From the IMG/VR virus record IMGVR_UViG_3300028610_002873: a stretch of 64,000 nt of DNA, one strand, 5' to 3'. The position numbers were made by a program, and so were the translations under genes. Below the pieces are notes generated by a model that worked only from the letters and a program-made list of their open reading frames with translations, had not been told where the DNA came from and did not search any database. This document shows, piece by piece, positions 60,195 to 64,000 of this stretch; the first letter of the stretch is position 1; every line of letters begins with the position of its first letter. This DNA is from a virus.

Positions 60195-60371
60195 TTATAA
60201 TACTCCATCATTTAAAGCTAACTGTAATTTATATCGTCTATATGATTCCCTATATAATTCTAAATATCTCTTTTTTTCATTTTCATTAGGAGTCACTTGA
60301 GATCGTCTATATAGCTCGTTACATGACTTTTTAAATCTTTCAATTATCTGTTTTTGCTTTTCATTATTCAT
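60195..60371 (-). CDS. small basic protein, 58 aa
   Basis: Hand translation: MNNEKQKQIIERFKKSCNELYRRSQVTPNENEKKRYLELYRESYRRYKLQLALNDGVL. It is the first ORF after control-region copy 1. Confidence 0.45.
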   Translation of the reverse strand: MNNEKQKQIIERFKKSCNELYRRSQVTPNENEKKRYLELYRESYRRYKLQLALNDGVL

Positions 60372-60411
60372 TTTAATACCCGTTTCCTTTCATTTCATTC
60401 AATATCTAAAC

Positions 60412-60606
60412 ATTGTAATTGCAACGAGCATGCCAGTTTTGTATAACAGTGTTATACACATAATCATTGGATATTTTGTATAACAGTGCTATACATGATT
60501 GATTAAAATGACAAAAATTGTAATGGTGTATAACACTGTTATACAATATCGAGCACTTATAAACTGTCAAACTTTTAGACAGTGTATAATACTTAGACAC
60601 TATAAC
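60412..60606. repeat. control-region repeat, copy 1 (about 195 bp) with three TGTATAACA-n-TGTTATACA palindromes
   Basis: Palindromes lie at 60440-60458, 60477-60495 (one mismatch) and 60527-60545. A second motif lies at 60565-60581. The region aligns with 63743-63937. Confidence 0.8.
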
Positions 60607-60607
60607 A
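60599..60607 (-). promoter_or_regulatory. extended -10 candidate TGtTATAGT preceded by the ATTACAacGTGT core
   Basis: It has the same core as the 33700 and 35493 promoters but lacks a good -35. Confidence 0.35.
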
Positions 60608-60670
60608 CGTTGTAATAACAAGTGTTTTTCCCGGCCTGAATAGCACAATAGTTTAAACACTACATGAAAG

Positions 60671-60880
60671 TTAATCATACTTAGAACGCCTAACTTTCAA
60701 GCCAAAAACAGATAATCGTAATTTAATGTCTGTTATCTGCAATTGTAAATCTTCAAGTAAATCTATACTCGGTTCCCTCACATAAATTGAATTACGCAAA
60801 CGTAAACGTATTGCTTTTAAATTTTCTTTTAATCTTTCAATTTGTAATTGTTTTTCTGATTCACTCATATCACTCCTCAC
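60671..60880 (-). CDS. hypothetical coiled-coil protein, 69 aa
   Basis: ORF in the gene chain. Confidence 0.45.
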   Translation of the reverse strand: MRSDMSESEKQLQIERLKENLKAIRLRLRNSIYVREPSIDLLEDLQLQITDIKLRLSVFGLKVRRSKYD

Positions 60881-61109
60881 TTTCAGACTTAATTTTAGAT
60901 ATTAATTTTTCAAATGGTTTTTGAGCGCATGAACATGATTTTAAACTACCTTGCACTATAGTTAATTGATTAAACATAAAATCACAAAAATTTGCCTCAA
61001 TAATTCTAATCATATCAACTGAACATTCAATATTATTATCATCGGCATCACATTTAATATGAATTAACATCTGTTTCAAAGTTTTTGAGGTTCCTCTAGG
61101 CTTATTCAT
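60870..61109 (-). CDS. hypothetical protein, 79 aa
   Basis: ORF in the gene chain. Confidence 0.45.
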   Translation of the reverse strand: MNKPRGTSKTLKQMLIHIKCDADDNNIECSVDMIRIIEANFCDFMFNQLTIVQGSLKSCSCAQKPFEKLISKIKSESEE

Positions 61110-61112
61110 AAT

Positions 61113-61586
61113 TTATTCCTTTCCTTTATTTTTCTTTTCTAAAAATTCCAAATAAGGAATTCTCTTTTCTTTTTCTGACAAATAAACAGCAGAACATAAA
61201 ATTGTTTTAATAGCATGTTTTTGATCCAAGCCCGAATCAATTGCTTCGTAACCTAATAACTGAATGTGTTTCAATGCATTTCTAAAATCCTTTTTTTTCT
61301 GTGCTCGACTTTTTAAATCGCCTGAAAAATTCGAATCAAGATTTTTAAATAGATCAATTGCATTCAATCCATTTTTAACATCTGAAAAAGGCTTATCATC
61401 AATTACGGAATGTAATTTAATATTATTGTAACTAGTTACTTCGCCGCATTGAGGGCAAGCCGACCGCATCTCAAATCGAATCACTCGACCGAAAAATGGC
61501 AAGTAGGCCGTCTTAAAAGGTTTTATCTTAAAAGCATAAAAGAAAAAATCAGCTATAAAATTGATAAGCGGTCTAAAAATTTTCAT
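61113..61586 (-). CDS. hypothetical protein, 157 aa (CPQC motif)
   Basis: Its ATG overlaps the stop of the 55-aa ORF (ATGA). Confidence 0.5.
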   Translation of the reverse strand: MKIFRPLINFIADFFFYAFKIKPFKTAYLPFFGRVIRFEMRSACPQCGEVTSYNNIKLHSVIDDKPFSDVKNGLNAIDLFKNLDSNFSGDLKSRAQKKKDFRNALKHIQLLGYEAIDSGLDQKHAIKTILCSAVYLSEKEKRIPYLEFLEKKNKGKE

Positions 61587-61750
61587 TTTCTTTTTCCTTT
61601 AATTTTAAATAATTTTTTAATTCCCTCAATTATAATTTGTACAATTTCATAATTATTAGTACTTGCTACACATTCATCATTTACCATTATATGAAATCTT
61701 TCTTGATGATAAATAGGATCATCTTTTCTATCAATTATTTCAATTTTCAT
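61583..61750 (-). CDS. small protein, 55 aa
   Basis: Hand translation: MKIEIIDRKDDPIYHQERFHIMVNDECVASTNNYEIVQIIIEGIKKLFKIKGKRK. A strong RBS, GAGGTG, is present. Confidence 0.5.
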   Translation of the reverse strand: MKIEIIDRKDDPIYHQERFHIMVNDECVASTNNYEIVQIIIEGIKKLFKIKGKRK

Positions 61751-61782
61751 TTTACACCTCTTTTTTCATTTTCAAACTACCT

Positions 61783-61829
61783 TTTAAAAATTGGGTGCCG
61801 GTACAAAGGTAGTTTGAAAACCGGCACCC
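61783..61829 (-). terminator. rho-independent terminator candidate: GGGTGCCGG-19 nt loop-CCGGCACCC followed by AATTTTTAAAA
   Basis: A 9-bp all-GC-rich stem lies 38 nt after the stop of the 397-aa gene. A T-tract follows on the minus strand. Confidence 0.6.
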
Positions 61830-61866
61830 TTGATTAATTGAAATTGCAATTACAACTAATCAAAAC

Positions 61867-63060
61867 TTAATCGACATCACCTGTTATAGTGAAAGATTTA
61901 ATCGCTGTATTCGGTATCGCTAAGTGCCAATCTTTCAAAATTAAATCAGCATGTTCACGCCCACTATGACTAATTTTACCTTTCACATAATTCTTTTTTT
62001 GAATACCATATTGCGCTTTATTCGGCCTATTAGGTCCGGCTTGTAAAGTCATAGGTCTGAATTCCGGCAACCAACGCCTATCATGTTTTGGCGTTTTATC
62101 AGCTTTTAATTCTTGTGTGTGTTTAATTGGAATAAAAAACCATTCGCCTTGACGTTTTATTTTTAAGCCTTTCATTTCTGCTTTTCTCACTTCTTTAGGC
62201 TTAAGCGATGCATATGCTGCTTTAATAGAACTAACCATAACTGGTAACTCGACTAAAAACGCATTGAATACATTATGTTTAATTTCACGCCTATCAATAT
62301 CGAATAAGAAATATTTTTTATTAACTTTAAATAAACTTGCACCCGTGTAATGTGTTTCAAGAATTCGATATTTAGTTTTATTTTCTTTTCGATCATAATA
62401 TTCCTCTTTTCGCTTTACTATTTCATTAGGACCGCGTTCTAAAATCTCAATATCATCCAATTTTAAGCCGGCTTCATGAAAAACATTAAAAGGCAACATT
62501 GGAATAAGATTCGATAACCTTGCTTGAATCTCAGTTTGCTCATTATTATCCTTTTCATGACCAAAACAAACAGTTCGACCAATCAAAGACAATACTGAAC
62601 TATTAGCCAAAAAGAATGAATTATTATTAAGTTTGATTTTTTGTGCGATTAGATCAGACCTTAAAACCCTGACCTTAAGTGAATGGACACAATGAGGATT
62701 ATCTAATTTTTCTTGTAATTCTTGCAAGGTAAAATCACATACTACAATATAATTCTTTTTAACAGCCTTGATTAATTTTCTTAAATCAGCCTTGTTACTC
62801 CTATCATTTTTTGAATTCAAACGAAGTGAATCAGTAATAACCGTTTTATAAAACAATTTTTGATTTTCAATAAAATATCGACCGAATTTTTTATTAGTTT
62901 CATCTTTCAAAAACGCTTGAATTACTTTATCAATATCATCCTTTGGTTTTTTAAATTTAAATTTAAGTTTTTTAAATTTAGAATCCATTAATTTTGACAT
63001 GCCATCTGATAATTTTTCACTTTTCATTTTCTTTCCCTTTCTTTTATAAATCGAATTCAA
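61867..63060 (-). CDS. hypothetical protein, 397 aa
   Basis: It is the largest ORF of the early region. C-terminal pattern KRQGEWFFIPI...HSGREHADLIL; I cannot name a family with confidence. Confidence 0.55.
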   Translation of the reverse strand: MNSIYKRKGKKMKSEKLSDGMSKLMDSKFKKLKFKFKKPKDDIDKVIQAFLKDETNKKFGRYFIENQKLFYKTVITDSLRLNSKNDRSNKADLRKLIKAVKKNYIVVCDFTLQELQEKLDNPHCVHSLKVRVLRSDLIAQKIKLNNNSFFLANSSVLSLIGRTVCFGHEKDNNEQTEIQARLSNLIPMLPFNVFHEAGLKLDDIEILERGPNEIVKRKEEYYDRKENKTKYRILETHYTGASLFKVNKKYFLFDIDRREIKHNVFNAFLVELPVMVSSIKAAYASLKPKEVRKAEMKGLKIKRQGEWFFIPIKHTQELKADKTPKHDRRWLPEFRPMTLQAGPNRPNKAQYGIQKKNYVKGKISHSGREHADLILKDWHLAIPNTAIKSFTITGDVD

Positions 63061-63634
63061 CGCCAGTTTTCATTAATTTAGTTGAATTTCTGGCGACTCG
63101 ATTTGTTTTTTCTCTTTTCTTTTTCTCATAACCTTTATTATCTAAATCATTTTTAATCACTTCTTTTTTTAATTCTTTCATTTGTAATTTAGTGAATACA
63201 GCACCTAAAGCGCGATATTCTTTTATTGTTTTTTTCAATTCTTTGATTTGATTTTTTCTGTTTTTGATTAATTTTTTTTGCGCATTTTTTCGGCCTAATT
63301 GCAATTCAATATGAAAAATTGATTCATATAAGGATTTTAAAGCCGAATGTTCAAAATCATTCAAACTTTGACGTATACAAACAATATGATCAATTTTGAT
63401 TTTTAATTGTTTTAATAAACTACGCATTGCTGATTGATGCCCACTAGTAGATGGAGAATAAGAATAATCATTAAATACGACTTTTCCTTTGATTTTCTTA
63501 ACAAAAACCCACCAATTATAAGAATCAGCCTGACATATCTCTGGATTGAAAGTACAATTACCCGTACTTATTTTCCAAATGTTAGCCATTTTATAATATT
63601 TTAAACTTCCACAAACTCCATATCCATAACTCAT
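63044..63634 (-). CDS. hypothetical protein, 196 aa
   Basis: N-terminal pattern ADSYNWWVFVKKIKGKVVFNDYSYSPSTSGHQ, with a basic coiled-coil C-terminus. It is the first gene after control-region copy 2. Confidence 0.55.
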   Translation of the reverse strand: MSYGYGVCGSLKYYKMANIWKISTGNCTFNPEICQADSYNWWVFVKKIKGKVVFNDYSYSPSTSGHQSAMRSLLKQLKIKIDHIVCIRQSLNDFEHSALKSLYESIFHIELQLGRKNAQKKLIKNRKNQIKELKKTIKEYRALGAVFTKLQMKELKKEVIKNDLDNKGYEKKKREKTNRVARNSTKLMKTGVEFDL

Positions 63635-63654
63635 AAAAATTCTCCTTATTATAT

Positions 63655-63679
63655 GAGGCCAGATTTATTGTCTGGCCTC
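63655..63679. promoter_or_regulatory. GC-rich hairpin GAGGCCAGA-tttattg-TCTGGCCTC in the leader of the 196-aa gene
   Basis: A perfect 9-bp stem lies 21 nt upstream of the ATG, next to the AAGGAG RBS. Confidence 0.45.
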
Positions 63680-63742
63680 ACTTAATTTCTTTTCTCATGT
63701 TAATCTTTCTTTTTTAGATTGATTAACTACCTTTGTTGATAA

Positions 63743-63937
63743 ATTGTAATTGCAACGAGCATGCCAGTTTTGTATAACAGTGTTATACACGTAATTACTG
63801 AATATTTTGTATAACACTGTTATACACGATTAGTTAAAATGACAAAAATTTGTATTAAACATTATCAGACAATGTAATATCAACCACTTATAAACTGTTA
63901 AACTTTTAAACAGTGTAAAATCCTTAAACACTAAATT
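63743..63937. repeat. control-region repeat, copy 2 (about 195 bp)
   Basis: Palindromes lie at 63771-63789 and 63808-63826. The third site is degenerate. The second motif lies at 63896-63912. Confidence 0.8.
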
Positions 63938-64000
63938 ATGAATTCATATAATAGCTATTATTCAAATTATTAAAATCATTACATTTAAAATTATTTTAAT

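Noticed and set aside
60406-60678. Minus-strand 90-aa ORF spanning control-region copy 1
   Set aside because: It is composed of the translated operator palindromes and repeat. The homologous copy 2 region has no equivalent ORF, and there is no RBS.
1-64000. Diversity-generating retroelement or retron
   Set aside because: No reverse transcriptase-like ORF was seen, and no template/variable repeat pair with adenine-specific differences was seen in the tail, lectin-like or other genes within the window.

Overview
AT-rich segment of a contractile-tailed dsDNA phage or prophage genome, transcribed almost entirely from the minus strand. Coordinates 32.6 kb down to 0.1 kb hold a complete morphogenesis module. 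Its order is terS, terL, portal, Mu-F/SPP1-gp7-like protein, XkdF-type protease, acidic scaffold and major capsid. About 15 small or beta-rich head/neck proteins follow, including an FN3-LamG protein. The tail genes then run: oversized sheath, tube, tail chaperone with a -1 frameshift site, tape measure, LysM protein, gpD-like hub, gpV/VgrG-like spike, gp25/W-like protein and baseplate-J-like protein. Coordinates 64 kb down to 32.6 kb hold about 90 tightly packed, mostly tiny ORFs, many joined by ATGA or TAATG overlaps. The few recognisable products there are a dUTPase, a short tyrosine recombinase, an HTH-metallophosphoesterase, a Fic protein, two PagL-like outer-membrane proteins, an IS66 orf1/orf2-like pair and a DUF3310 protein. 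I recognised no rRNA, tRNA, bona fide CRISPR array, DNA-replication enzyme or endolysin. The most interesting signals are non-coding. (1) A G-depleted 440-bp periodic repeat array lies at 54.46-54.90 kb. (2) The 9-mer TGTTATACA occurs as dyads in front of five structural operons and as perfect palindromes in the early control regions. (3) A 1.15-kb ORF-free region at 57.3-58.45 kb is dense in repeats and palindromes. (4) A ~195-bp control region is duplicated 3.3 kb apart. Coding oddities include an N-terminal leader (NWLKKFFSKK) shared by four otherwise unrelated genes, six HxH motifs on the protease, twin 55-aa zinc-ribbon ORFs around gp25/gpJ, and a proline-rich tandem-repeat baseplate-module protein. 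All functional calls come from motif recognition by eye and from synteny; no database search was run.
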